Virus record (IMG/VR): IMGVR_UViG_3300046507_000526
Location: 6,193 to 70,192 of that record
Source of the DNA: a virus
Lineage: Duplodnaviria; Heunggongvirae; Uroviricota; Caudoviricetes
Length of the DNA: 64,000 bases
Strand: one strand, 5' to 3'
Shown here: piece by piece, positions 36,529 through 46,394 of the stretch
How positions within the stretch are numbered: position 1 is the stretch's first letter
How the letters are laid out: every line of letters begins with the position of its first letter
Notes under the pieces: model-generated
Databases searched by the model: none
Told to the model about the DNA's origin: nothing
The model's input: only the letters and a program-made list of their open reading frames with translations
Translations under genes and position numbers: made by a program

Positions 36529-39500
36529 TTACTCTCCTGCGTCTGCTACATTGGCGCTATTAACTTTGATAGTTTTGATATGTTTGCCATCTGCTGTGCT
36601 GTGCAAAGCAAAAGATCCCTCCCCCATATCTTTAACTCCGATAGTTCCTTGTACAATACCTTCGAACTCGCTAGACTTAAGACCTAGAAGGCTCTTGATA
36701 GGACGTTCGAATACAGGATTCGGAAGAGGCTCTGCAAGTTCGTAGTGAGTCCACTTGTTACCGCGTAGTCCACCCGTAGTAGCAGGATCATACAGTCCAC
36801 CCTTTTCAGGCTCAAGATTCTTTGCACTAAGAAGCTCCGGAGATTCAATCTTACCATTAGACATTTCGATAATATCAGTATCAGTTAAAGGAGAAGCAGT
36901 AACAACGCCATTCCTGATACTTGTCTTAATTCCTGAACCTTTCAGATAATCGAAAAACTTCTCTGTAGCAAAAGTCATGCGTGGCTTAGGAAGAGCCTGG
37001 CCCATCTTGAACTTAGCCCAATAGTCAGAGTTGTCCTGAGACTTAAGGGTAGAAATTTCCTTAAGATTCTTTCTTGCATTGGAACCTAGGAGACCAAGCA
37101 TTTCCATGTACCCAACTGACTTAGAACCTTCCTCACCACCTTTTTGAGGTTGAAGGACGTTATCATATGCGCCTACATTTCTAGCAGACCAGTTCTGGTC
37201 AGTCGTCTTATATAGTTTCAAGAAATACTGAGGTCCTGTAAGGATTCTCCCCAGATCTTTACCACTCTTAGGATCGACCATCATCTCAGTATCGCTGATT
37301 CCCAGATTATCCAACTCTTTCTTCAAATCAGAAACGTTGCTTCCTTTGCTGAAATTATGAAGAAAGTAAGGCTTACCCGTGGTTTTTGCAATTTTACCTG
37401 CTGCAGTTTCCATCAGCTGGCCAAGGTTAATACGAGAAGTAACGGATGCCGGGTTAAGAAGAATATCGACAGCTTCGCCATTTTCTTTCTTATAAGGCAT
37501 TTCATGATCCTCAAGAATCTTGGAGACGATACCTTTGTTACCATGCAGGCCGGTCAGTTTATCGCCAATTTCCAAAGGCTTAACTGAACGAACCAGGATA
37601 CGGATATTCTTACCTTCTGTGTGAGCATCCACGACAGTACCGTTTTCTTCATGGGTCCAAAGTTCCGCTGCAAGACGGAAAGGCGTAACCAGCGATTTAT
37701 GAAGCCGTGCAAGTAGCTTATCTTCAGCAGAAGGTTCACGTTTTTCCAGAACTGCATAAACGGGATCTCCATGCTTAAGGATAGCCCCGACTTTTGCAAA
37801 GCCTTGATCATCAAGATTTTCAAGTTGATCCTTGGTAAACTTTCCAGGATACCAACGATTGATCAAAGCCTTATTCATTGTCGTAATAGGCTGCACTGCA
37901 TAGTCAATCTTATACGCATGATGACTGCTCAGGCTTTCTGCGCATGAACGGCTGATCACCAAACCATCTTCGTGGTTGTAGCCCTTGTACGGCATGTACG
38001 CAACTTCGAGATTTTTCCCAAGCGCCAGTTCACCATCAACGGTGTAGTTGTTATCAGCTACAGGCTGATTCACAGAAACTTTATCGCCAACCTTAACCAA
38101 TGGCTTTTCATCATCCAGGAATCCTTTCATATTAAAAGGAAGGTTTTTAACAAGGTCTATCTTGTGAGTCTTACCATCATCATCCTTGATATGAATCTGG
38201 GTTTTTGTAATATTAGTTACTGTGCCTGCAGAAGGAGAAACTGTGCTTACAACTTGACCGATTGCTTTAACGAAGCTTGTACCGGCACCGTTAACAGTCT
38301 GGACCAGAGGCTTCTCACGTTCAACAAGAGATAGAGCTTGGGGAATAGCTTTGCCTGCCATCGTAAGACGGCCAGGATGATTACTATTAAGGAACGGTAC
38401 CAGATTAGTTGTAATCGTGTACATGTCTGTAGTATCCCCAAGCCAGTAGTCTACGCTTGAGAACGGAACTTCTTTAAGATCTCCCTTAACCTGAGCCTGT
38501 ACTATCTTTTTGCCTTCTTGATGAGGAAAGCCAATAGTATGGGTCATCATTTCCTGAACTGACAGGTAATGTTGTTTCCCTTGTTTATCAATAACACGTG
38601 CGTACAAATTCCCGCTATCGTCACGACGAGCTGAGATAGTGAAACGCTGGTCGATACCTGCATGGCCAGATTCTGGCGTACGGCTAGGATCGATAATACC
38701 AAGATGTGACGGATCGATATCTCGTGCAGACATAGGTACGCCACGGTCAGAAGCAATACCGCCTTCGCCCGCGCCAAGAACTGTTACCTTACCCACGCTT
38801 TCCAAAGATTCAATCGGATTAGTTTCCGAAGGTGTCGAAACAAGATTACTTTCAATGATGTAGTTAGACATAACCTTGTTATATGGCTTGCTTACTACAA
38901 CATCTCGAATTGAAGGATTTTTTGTCTTATCCAAATTAGCAAGCAACTTCCTACGAATACCGGGAAGAAGCTCATGCTTGTTAAATCTGGTAGTAATAAA
39001 ATCGGGCAGATTCTGAACACGTTTAAATTGCAGAGAATCTCGATTGTCTTCCGGCCTTTCGCCTGCGTGAACCTGGACCAGATTACGCATAGCTCTGAGA
39101 ATTGAGTCAGAGTTAACTGAGGGGACAGATTTACCAAGAGTAACAAGAGTCGTTTGCGGAGAAAGAGACGAAGCTTCCATGGATTCACGAAGCTGCATCA
39201 TTTTCTCTTCTGTGCTTGCAGTAGGCTTTTGCTTTCCAGTGGATACTAGCTTACCGTAGAGATCATTGATGATCTTTTGTTCTTTCCCAGCAGAAGCCGC
39301 AAGATTAGCTTCCCAAACCTGAGCAGGAATGTACTGAGAAACTTCTTTAGGTCCAATGCCAAAAACCTTGGATACTAAAGGTCCAAGGGGGATTGTTGAA
39401 GACGAGCTTGCAGGATGAACTGAAAACTGGAATGTCTGCGGATCTAGCGTGATAGAAAAGCTACGTCCAGAACCGGTGTTGAAGTGAGACTCCAATTCCC

Positions 39501-39906
39501 CGGTTTCTTTGCTACGCGTATACACTCCTGGATTAAGCTGAAGCTGATTTGCAACGGAATAGTTATTTCCCTTGTAAACCATGGTGTGCTTAGGAGTGAT
39601 ATAAAAAGCATCCATCAACGAGAAGTTCTTATTCTCGTCCACTACTTTACCGGTAGCCTTATCAATCAACTTGATATGGCCTTTAATAGGATACGACAGG
39701 GACTTCGATTTAAGAATCGCGTCTTTCTCATCTGCATGAGTAAACTCTTTAGGCTCAGCCCGAAGATCAGAGAGTGTGAGAATGTAATTCTTACCTTCGA
39801 TAGGGAACTGCGACACAATGCCTTGCATCAATGAGCCGTCAACACGGGTATTGATTTCCCGTGGAGAAGAGAAGATTAATTGTAGATTAGTCGCGGGCGT
39901 TGGCAT
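36529..39906 (-). CDS. rpoB: RNA polymerase beta subunit fused to the beta' N-terminus
   Basis: HLGIIDPSRTPES, VPFLNSNHPGRLTMAGK, GELALGKN..GYNHEDG, GDKLTGLHGNKG, DILLNP, GYMEM..TLKS; then beta'-type GGLYDP..HYELAEPLPNP. Confidence 0.92.
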   Translation of the reverse strand: MPTPATNLQLIFSSPREINTRVDGSLMQGIVSQFPIEGKNYILTLSDLRAEPKEFTHADEKDAILKSKSLSYPIKGHIKLIDKATGKVVDENKNFSLMDAFYITPKHTMVYKGNNYSVANQLQLNPGVYTRSKETGELESHFNTGSGRSFSITLDPQTFQFSVHPASSSSTIPLGPLVSKVFGIGPKEVSQYIPAQVWEANLAASAGKEQKIINDLYGKLVSTGKQKPTASTEEKMMQLRESMEASSLSPQTTLVTLGKSVPSVNSDSILRAMRNLVQVHAGERPEDNRDSLQFKRVQNLPDFITTRFNKHELLPGIRRKLLANLDKTKNPSIRDVVVSKPYNKVMSNYIIESNLVSTPSETNPIESLESVGKVTVLGAGEGGIASDRGVPMSARDIDPSHLGIIDPSRTPESGHAGIDQRFTISARRDDSGNLYARVIDKQGKQHYLSVQEMMTHTIGFPHQEGKKIVQAQVKGDLKEVPFSSVDYWLGDTTDMYTITTNLVPFLNSNHPGRLTMAGKAIPQALSLVEREKPLVQTVNGAGTSFVKAIGQVVSTVSPSAGTVTNITKTQIHIKDDDGKTHKIDLVKNLPFNMKGFLDDEKPLVKVGDKVSVNQPVADNNYTVDGELALGKNLEVAYMPYKGYNHEDGLVISRSCAESLSSHHAYKIDYAVQPITTMNKALINRWYPGKFTKDQLENLDDQGFAKVGAILKHGDPVYAVLEKREPSAEDKLLARLHKSLVTPFRLAAELWTHEENGTVVDAHTEGKNIRILVRSVKPLEIGDKLTGLHGNKGIVSKILEDHEMPYKKENGEAVDILLNPASVTSRINLGQLMETAAGKIAKTTGKPYFLHNFSKGSNVSDLKKELDNLGISDTEMMVDPKSGKDLGRILTGPQYFLKLYKTTDQNWSARNVGAYDNVLQPQKGGEEGSKSVGYMEMLGLLGSNARKNLKEISTLKSQDNSDYWAKFKMGQALPKPRMTFATEKFFDYLKGSGIKTSIRNGVVTASPLTDTDIIEMSNGKIESPELLSAKNLEPEKGGLYDPATTGGLRGNKWTHYELAEPLPNPVFERPIKSLLGLKSSEFEGIVQGTIGVKDMGEGSFALHSTADGKHIKTIKVNSANVADAGE

Positions 39907-40180
39907 TTGTCTCTAGTTCCAGATAGCTTACTACCATATAGTATTTGTCCATGAAGGTGAATGTGTCTTTAGTCAAAACAATTACGCCTTGATTCTTAAT
40001 AGCTCTAGTTTCTATGATTTCAAGTTCAGCACGTGAACCCGGATCCATAATATCGATTTGAGCATATCGGACCCGATAATTAGTCACGTCCGAGTCATCT
40101 ACCTTTTTAGGGCCGAAGCCCGGAAAGGTATTTTCTTCTTGAATAACGAGTGAGTTTGTAACTCCGTTAGACTTCGCCAT
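39887..40180 (-). CDS. Hypothetical protein between portal and RNAP
   Basis: 97 aa, overlaps the RNAP start. Confidence 0.5.
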   Translation of the reverse strand: MAKSNGVTNSLVIQEENTFPGFGPKKVDDSDVTNYRVRYAQIDIMDPGSRAELEIIETRAIKNQGVIVLTKDTFTFMDKYYMVVSYLELETNANARD

Positions 40181-40189
40181 CTCTTATCC

Positions 40190-42079
40190 TTACTGTTTGT
40201 CAGGAGGGCCACCAGCAGAATCTTCCTGCTTTTCCTCACCTGAACCATTTTGACTATCAGAAGTGCCTACTCCATTAGTAGACTCTTCTTCCTCTTGACC
40301 GGGAGCTTGGCCTTGTGCCTGTCCAGGTTGTCCTGGCTGACCTGGAATCGGTTTCCCGTCTGGGCCTACTTGTTGCACTTGAGTTGCCTGCTCTTCGGCA
40401 TATTCTTCAAGAAGTTTACCGACAAGCATGTACATTGCGTAATCTTCTAATTTTAGACGGTTAAGTATAGCACGTTTTGTACCATCATCAGCAGTATAAA
40501 GCTGTTCTGCAATCTGTTGAGCTTTGGCAAGTGCAACTTTGTAATCACCGCTTCTATCGAAGGTATCGCCAGTTTCTTTTGCAGCAAGATAAGTACTTTG
40601 ATCAACCTGAAGCTTAGTCTTAACTTCATTAACTGCACGAGCTACAGCATCTTCACGCATATTGTCCAGTTCATCACTAAACTTCATGCCGAAAGATTCA
40701 TACAGACTTGACAGCGAACCGTTATTGGTTTGTACAGTCTGGATAAGCATCTGTTGAAGGTTAGGATCATCCGTAAGCTTAAACGGTGTAAGGTCTACTT
40801 CGCAGCTTTCCACTCCAAGATACTTGGATACCCGAGACATTACCCAGGAGATAAGTTCCGTGATTTGCCCCGTATAGCAAAGCATAGTATTTTCTAGAAG
40901 GCGAAGACCTGTCGTGGAACTAGTCCAATTGGTTGTGCCAGCTAGCAATTCTCTCGAAACCCCAAGGGCCAAGAGGATCGAGTCTTCAGCCTGCTGAATC
41001 TCAGTAGCTACAAGCAGATTTTTACCTTCACCACTGATTGCCTGGTATCCGATAGGAGTCGGTGCCACTACAACGTGGTTATTATCTTGCTTATGCTTTA
41101 CAAGGTTTGCCTGCATCCGTTCTACGAAATTGCGCAAGCTAATGCTCGATACCGGATCACTGTTTGCAGTCTGTGCCTGAGGAAAAATCACTCTAAGCGG
41201 AGACATGAAATCCGTAGCAATAGACTCATTTGCTTTACGTAGCGTTGCCTGGTAAAAAACCAGATAGAACAGCGACACTAGCGGAGGTACTGCAACGCCA
41301 TTAATCTGTTGGCCTGCTGACAGATTCTTCAAATGGAAGATGTTGTTCTTATCGAATTTGAAGTCTTGATTATTCTGAACAGCCTCGATGAAGCCCCATG
41401 GAACGCTATTTACAAAAAGCTTATCCCCTTCTCGAATTCTACGCTTAACGTCATTCGGGATTTTGTAGTAATACTCGTATTCTCCAGTAATAGGATTGAA
41501 GTTTACGTTGATATTTATAGGATCCCATTGGATCAAATTCATATCTTCAATATTTACAGACTTAGTATCACGGCGATGAAAAGTAACACCTTTAGCATCA
41601 CAGTGTGGGCAATTGCCTACGAACTGATAATTCTTGAATTGTGCAAATTCTGCAGCTTTTGCAGCTGTGTTGCCATTACATACTGGGCAATACAGGGTTC
41701 TATGGATCGGGAAGTAGATCGATACAAATACGTTCCCTACTGTGTAGTACTCGAAACCAATGTTATGAAGAGCTGATTTGAGTTTGAAGCTTTTGAAAAT
41801 CTCTTCATACTTTGACTTAGTTGCTTCTGACTTAGTTTTTACAATGAAATCAGTAATGGGGTACGTCGCAAACTTCCGGATAACCTCTGTAGTAACAGGA
41901 GATTGCACGGTAATGTACTTAGCCCAACGAATAACATCGTGCAGGTTCCGAGGGAGAAACTGATTAGATACTGAAAACCAAGGACTGCTTGATGTTGCAA
42001 AGTTGCCGCCTTGTAATTGCCCGGAAGTTCCAGGAATCGGAGGAGGCTGGTATGGAGTGTAAAAACCGTTAGTTGACAT
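40190..42079 (-). CDS. Portal protein (probable), with Zn-ribbon insertion
   Basis: Portal-like organisation (IFHLKN, VPPLVSLF, ILLALGVSRELL); CPVC...CPHC insert; Q/P/G-rich C-tail; promoter 42106..42112. Confidence 0.7.
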   Translation of the reverse strand: MSTNGFYTPYQPPPIPGTSGQLQGGNFATSSSPWFSVSNQFLPRNLHDVIRWAKYITVQSPVTTEVIRKFATYPITDFIVKTKSEATKSKYEEIFKSFKLKSALHNIGFEYYTVGNVFVSIYFPIHRTLYCPVCNGNTAAKAAEFAQFKNYQFVGNCPHCDAKGVTFHRRDTKSVNIEDMNLIQWDPININVNFNPITGEYEYYYKIPNDVKRRIREGDKLFVNSVPWGFIEAVQNNQDFKFDKNNIFHLKNLSAGQQINGVAVPPLVSLFYLVFYQATLRKANESIATDFMSPLRVIFPQAQTANSDPVSSISLRNFVERMQANLVKHKQDNNHVVVAPTPIGYQAISGEGKNLLVATEIQQAEDSILLALGVSRELLAGTTNWTSSTTGLRLLENTMLCYTGQITELISWVMSRVSKYLGVESCEVDLTPFKLTDDPNLQQMLIQTVQTNNGSLSSLYESFGMKFSDELDNMREDAVARAVNEVKTKLQVDQSTYLAAKETGDTFDRSGDYKVALAKAQQIAEQLYTADDGTKRAILNRLKLEDYAMYMLVGKLLEEYAEEQATQVQQVGPDGKPIPGQPGQPGQAQGQAPGQEEEESTNGVGTSDSQNGSGEEKQEDSAGGPPDKQ

Positions 42080-42167
42080 GTCTTGACCGGATTGTTAGAT
42101 ACCCGTATTTTAAACTGACCTATAGTTTAGGTCAAGTACGCAAAATTCAATTTTCTAACATATGATT

Positions 42168-42251
42168 TGGTATAAGTAAAGTACCGGGAAAACATATTCA
42201 TTTCGGTTAGCCCGCCCACAATTCCATTTTCAGGTAGAAACCTGGTATAAG
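42168..42251 (+). promoter_or_regulatory. Tandem TGGTATAAG promoters (42168 and 42243)
   Basis: Two exact copies 75 bp apart. Confidence 0.7.
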
Positions 42252-42300
42252 CGAATTGTAGGAAAATCTATATTCTTTCATACCTCCCAGGAGAGCTAGC

Positions 42301-42612
42301 ATGACAACCGCAAATCAAGGCAAGGCAGCACGTGACAGCGAAACGACGTCGCAAGACGAACGCAATGCCCAGGAAGCACGTGGCCATTCGGAGCGCGTCG
42401 AGCGTGAAGAAACGGTTCATCGCCGGACCGTCGACATCGACGACACCAACAAGTTCAAGCAGTCGTTGCGTCGTGTCGGCGGCATGTGGATTCAGGCAGC
42501 ATGCGTGGCAGCAGGCGCTGCAGTTGGCGTCGGCGGAACGTTGCTGGTTCAGAAGCGCATGAACCGCTCGGCTGTCAACAGCGCACACGATACCGGTGCG
42601 CACCAGGAGTAA
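42301..42612 (+). CDS. C-terminally anchored membrane protein
   Basis: GGAG RBS; charged N-terminus; WIQAACVAAGAAVGVGGTLLV. Confidence 0.65.
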   Translation: MTTANQGKAARDSETTSQDERNAQEARGHSERVEREETVHRRTVDIDDTNKFKQSLRRVGGMWIQAACVAAGAAVGVGGTLLVQKRMNRSAVNSAHDTGAHQE

Positions 42613-42712
42613 GAGGTATGAGCTGGAAACCCCAGCTCGCCTCTTCTTCGCCAAGAAGAAACCGGCACCCCCTGCCCGGTTTTTTTAGTCTTTCAAAGTA
42701 AAGTCAGTATTT

Positions 42713-42721
42713 TGGTATAAG
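42713..42721 (+). promoter_or_regulatory. TGGTATAAG promoter
   Basis: Exact motif after the terminator at 42661..42687. Confidence 0.75.
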
Positions 42722-42837
42722 GATATTGTACAGAAGCATTACTCTTTGTACGTTCGCCTACCTTAAAAATTCAAATAGTGGTAGTTAACACATTGACTTA
42801 TCAGCAGGAAGGTCTATCAAAATCGGGAGTGTGCATC

Positions 42838-42990
42838 ATGTTTCAGTCCAAGCCCAATCCGGAGAAACGAAACGCTAAACAAGACCAAATCTTTAGCAGC
42901 GCCTTCAAAGAACTGTTTCACTCTGCAGGTGTTGTTATCGGGGGTTTGCTCGTTACGGCATTGCTAGTTTCGCAAGAAGGGCGGCACTGA
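42838..42990 (+). CDS. Small C-anchored membrane protein
   Basis: GGGAG RBS; AGVVIGGLLVTALLV. Confidence 0.55.
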   Translation: MFQSKPNPEKRNAKQDQIFSSAFKELFHSAGVVIGGLLVTALLVSQEGRH

Positions 42991-43108
42991 CGACTAATGC
43001 CTGCAAAAGGGGTAGTCAAAAGAAGCCCTTGGCGATTACAAAAAGCAGTAATAAGTGTTGCAATTGTTGGTTCATCAGGTATTTAACGTGTTCCTAGGAG
43101 CATTGATC

Positions 43109-43333
43109 ATGGCTACAAAACAGTATAAAGCGGGGACCCGAGACGGGGGCGTCGAAGTTGAAATTGACGCAGAGGAGGGGGAGTTCCCAAGACTTGCAGC
43201 AGAGGGCTTAAGAGGTCTGTTGCGTATTACCGGATACGCAGCATTGGCGATGATAGCGGGTTACAGCGCTGGATTCGCAATGTCGAATTACCAGGAAACT
43301 CGTGGACGTCACCCGAACGTTCCGGGTCACTGA
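43109..43333 (+). CDS. Small C-anchored membrane protein
   Basis: AGGAG RBS; ITGYAALAMIAGYSAGFAM. Confidence 0.6.
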   Translation: MATKQYKAGTRDGGVEVEIDAEEGEFPRLAAEGLRGLLRITGYAALAMIAGYSAGFAMSNYQETRGRHPNVPGH

Positions 43334-43380
43334 TTAACACCCTGACATATTGATAAACCAAATTCCCTATTGAGGACAAA

Positions 43381-43992
43381 ATGTCAGGGGTAGAAGAAAA
43401 CCTTCGCGCCGATTGGAAAGACCGACTCGCAACGCTTCGGGGTCAGGTTCCTTCGGCCTTCGACGATGAGATTGGAGAAATTGGAGGATTTAAATCCATA
43501 CGCAACAATCGTCGAGGAAATAGTAGCACTAGACGGGTCATCGATCCGTTTGGAGAAGAAATCGTAGTAAAGGCAAGACGAAGAGACCGCAGTGGCAAGT
43601 CTGAGGATGAGTGCCGGGGGGCCGAAACTTTGTTTCGTAAGATTCCTGAAGACATCGGAAGTTCAGCCACTGAAAATGCTATTGGCGAAGAAGAGGTTCC
43701 TATTATGAGTAAAAACTCAGACCAACCTTCGAACGATGAAAATCCGGAGAGGGATTATTCCTCAACCACCAGGAGTAGACGTAGTAAGGCTGAAGGCGAA
43801 TTTCAGGAAGAATATGAGCAGAGTCCTGAAGAAATTGAAAAGAAACGTAAACTAGACTCTACGAATGCATCTATCAAAAGAGTCGTTAAGCTAGGTATAC
43901 TTAGCATAGGTACGCTTGCAGTGATGTCCGGTGTTGCAGCCATCAGCATGGGACTGTTTGGAAAGCATAAGTCTAACATCATGAATATGTGA
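43381..43992 (+). CDS. Charged, disordered protein with C-terminal TM anchor
   Basis: R/E/S-rich; LGILSIGTLAVMSGVAAISMGLF. Confidence 0.6.
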   Translation: MSGVEENLRADWKDRLATLRGQVPSAFDDEIGEIGGFKSIRNNRRGNSSTRRVIDPFGEEIVVKARRRDRSGKSEDECRGAETLFRKIPEDIGSSATENAIGEEEVPIMSKNSDQPSNDENPERDYSSTTRSRRSKAEGEFQEEYEQSPEEIEKKRKLDSTNASIKRVVKLGILSIGTLAVMSGVAAISMGLFGKHKSNIMNM

Positions 43993-44059
43993 TGTTACAA
44001 TGAGAAGATAGGGACCTGAGATACTTCAGGTCCTTTCCTACCTTAAACAGGATTTTTTT

Positions 44060-44407
44060 ATGTCTCTTAATGATTTCAGTTTTAAAAATACGCAGATCAA
44101 AGCTTACTTCGAAGGTTCTGACGAATACGTGCCTTCATCGGAATTGATTTATATTCATTCTCACCCATTAGTAAAACCTAATTTTTTAGATGAGATGGAA
44201 TCCATCATTCTGAAGACTGCCGCTCTGATAGAAAAGAAGAGTATACGAGGCGCAGTAATTGATAAACTTACGAATCTCACAATGCAATTCGGAGCAGAAC
44301 TCCCAACTATCAGTCAGGAGAACGCTCCGAAAATTTTAGGTCACTTACGTGATATCTACAAGCTTTGTACCGGGTTATTGAAAAACAACAACATCGTGTA
44401 TTCGTAG
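44060..44407 (+). CDS. Hypothetical protein
   Basis: 115 aa; 3' end overlaps the convergent gene by 33 bp. Confidence 0.45.
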   Translation: MSLNDFSFKNTQIKAYFEGSDEYVPSSELIYIHSHPLVKPNFLDEMESIILKTAALIEKKSIRGAVIDKLTNLTMQFGAELPTISQENAPKILGHLRDIYKLCTGLLKNNNIVYS

Positions 44408-45562
44408 ATTACCAGTATTAGTATCTGCAACGTTAGCGCCAAGACGATTCAGGGTAAGGAAAAGCTTCTCGCAATTGATAGCCCAGTTGTTATTAACGAA
44501 GCCAGAAAATGCTGTAGCCGGAATAATAGCAGTAGCAGTAGCGTAGGTTTGCATCGCATTCGCAGTTACGTTCATAGCTACAGTTTCGATTGAGGTATTA
44601 GTTAGACCTGTCGTAGTACTGGCTCCGACTCCTACTGCAAGATACGAAAGCTGAAGCGCGTAATTTCCGCCTGCTGTATCCCCTGAGAACGCAAGACGGA
44701 GTTTGACAGGCACATACGGATTCGTGTTCTGGCTACGCAAAGGAACTGGTACTGCAATTCCCTGGGTAGATCCGTCTGCAAACGAGAACGAAGGTATACC
44801 GGCAACGTTTACCTGCGTAGCAGATGCCGTCGTAAGTAGACTTGGACTCGTCGAATGATTTAGACCTTTGATTGCTGGTGCACTGGCTTGGGCATATACA
44901 GTAGGATTAGTTACACCGTACGTTACAACGATAGTGTAAAGTCCAAACCATCCTGGATCAATAGAAGGCTCAACTTGGGTACCGGTTGCTGCTTGAGTAC
45001 CTGCCTTAAGTTGCAGCTTCAATTCTTTGTTAAGAAGCAAACATGGTAGGAACGTATTTGTCGAATCCAGGAATGATGCAGGCAGTCCTGATGAAGGCAT
45101 ATTGGCCGAAGAGATATCCGAAAATTGTGCTTCGATTACATATGCAATGGAAGTACCCGCATTGGACGGCGATACCAGGTTGAAACTTACTGGGGCAAAT
45201 AAAAGTGCCTGTTTTACAATCGTTTGAGCAACAGTATCATTGGTAGCCTGAGCTTGATACACGGCACCAGGGTTGACAGTGATGATGTTAGAGCCTGGAT
45301 AACTTACCGAAAGTCCAGACATGACGAACGAGTTATTCGCATTGGTGAATAGCTCTTGGTAAACCGATGAGATTGCAAGTTGATTGAGAAGAACCGCGCG
45401 TCTAGCCGAGTCTCCGCCGCCAGAGCTGATCGTGGTAATATTTTGGGCAAGATCCGTTAGCGGTCTGTTATCAACTGCGTAATGATACGGATCGAACTGA
45501 GTATAGTAACGGACTTGTGCTAGGGAGTTACTATCCTGAGCGATGAAACCTGGTGTAGACAT
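44375..45562 (-). CDS. Virion (baseplate/tail-associated) protein
   Basis: YHYAVDNRPLTDL motif; structural composition; own TAAAATA promoter at 45606..45612. Confidence 0.55.
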   Translation of the reverse strand: MSTPGFIAQDSNSLAQVRYYTQFDPYHYAVDNRPLTDLAQNITTISSGGGDSARRAVLLNQLAISSVYQELFTNANNSFVMSGLSVSYPGSNIITVNPGAVYQAQATNDTVAQTIVKQALLFAPVSFNLVSPSNAGTSIAYVIEAQFSDISSANMPSSGLPASFLDSTNTFLPCLLLNKELKLQLKAGTQAATGTQVEPSIDPGWFGLYTIVVTYGVTNPTVYAQASAPAIKGLNHSTSPSLLTTASATQVNVAGIPSFSFADGSTQGIAVPVPLRSQNTNPYVPVKLRLAFSGDTAGGNYALQLSYLAVGVGASTTTGLTNTSIETVAMNVTANAMQTYATATAIIPATAFSGFVNNNWAINCEKLFLTLNRLGANVADTNTGNLRIHDVVVFQ

Positions 45563-45637
45563 ATGGGTTGAATTCCGATTTAAGTGTGGTACAATATCTG
45601 TGGCTTATTTTACAGCAATTATATTTCGACTTCAACA

Positions 45638-46102
45638 ATGAAACTTACAGACAAAGGAATTGTCTTCGGATACCACGGAGATACTATTACGCGGCGCTGG
45701 CCCTGGAAAGATCGTCATGGGTCTAAGTTTTTCAGCCAAGAATACTCTATGTATTTTAACGATTTCAACACTTACTGGAAGCATGTTGGGGTCGCACAGA
45801 TTGCATTTTCTGGTCGAAGCGAGAAACTACAAGGCTTCACGTATGGAGAAATCATCGGCCAATGGGTCCAACTCAAGTATCCGTATGAAAGTATAGTGGT
45901 GTTAAAAGATGTGAATGTGAGTGAGCGTGGTCTATCCTTCTGGGCAAGAATTCCTAAGGATAAAATCCAGCACATTCAAAAAGATATTATCGTTCTTCGT
46001 TGCGGAAGCAAAGAAAACGCATGTGAAATCGTAGATTCTATAGAACGTACTTTTGCAGAAGCGTTTGCTTTCTCAGGTGGAATACTTATTAACTATAACT
46101 AA
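45638..46102 (+). CDS. Hypothetical protein
   Basis: Variant promoter TGGTACAAT at 45587..45595. Confidence 0.5.
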   Translation: MKLTDKGIVFGYHGDTITRRWPWKDRHGSKFFSQEYSMYFNDFNTYWKHVGVAQIAFSGRSEKLQGFTYGEIIGQWVQLKYPYESIVVLKDVNVSERGLSFWARIPKDKIQHIQKDIIVLRCGSKENACEIVDSIERTFAEAFAFSGGILINYN

Positions 46103-46103
46103 T

Positions 46104-46394
46104 ATGAAAGGTTACGCTTTTTTAGACGTGGATTTCAGACTCCAGTACAGGAGCAAAGAATACATTGAGGTAGACAATCCCTTTTTCTGGCAACAGAACA
46201 AGTATGATATTCTCAATAAGTGGAAATTCGATACCGATGATCTGGATTCCATGTTTTTTATGTTTAGACAGATACGTGACGTTTTTCGAGGCAGCAAATT
46301 AAGCCAGGAAACGGTTAAGGACTTCTGCAAGATTATCGGTTTCGATATGAAGGTTTTAAAAGATGCGTATAAAATTCAACCAGAACAAGACTAA
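46104..46394 (+). CDS. Hypothetical protein
   Basis: ATG immediately after the previous stop. Confidence 0.5.
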   Translation: MKGYAFLDVDFRLQYRSKEYIEVDNPFFWQQNKYDILNKWKFDTDDLDSMFFMFRQIRDVFRGSKLSQETVKDFCKIIGFDMKVLKDAYKIQPEQD

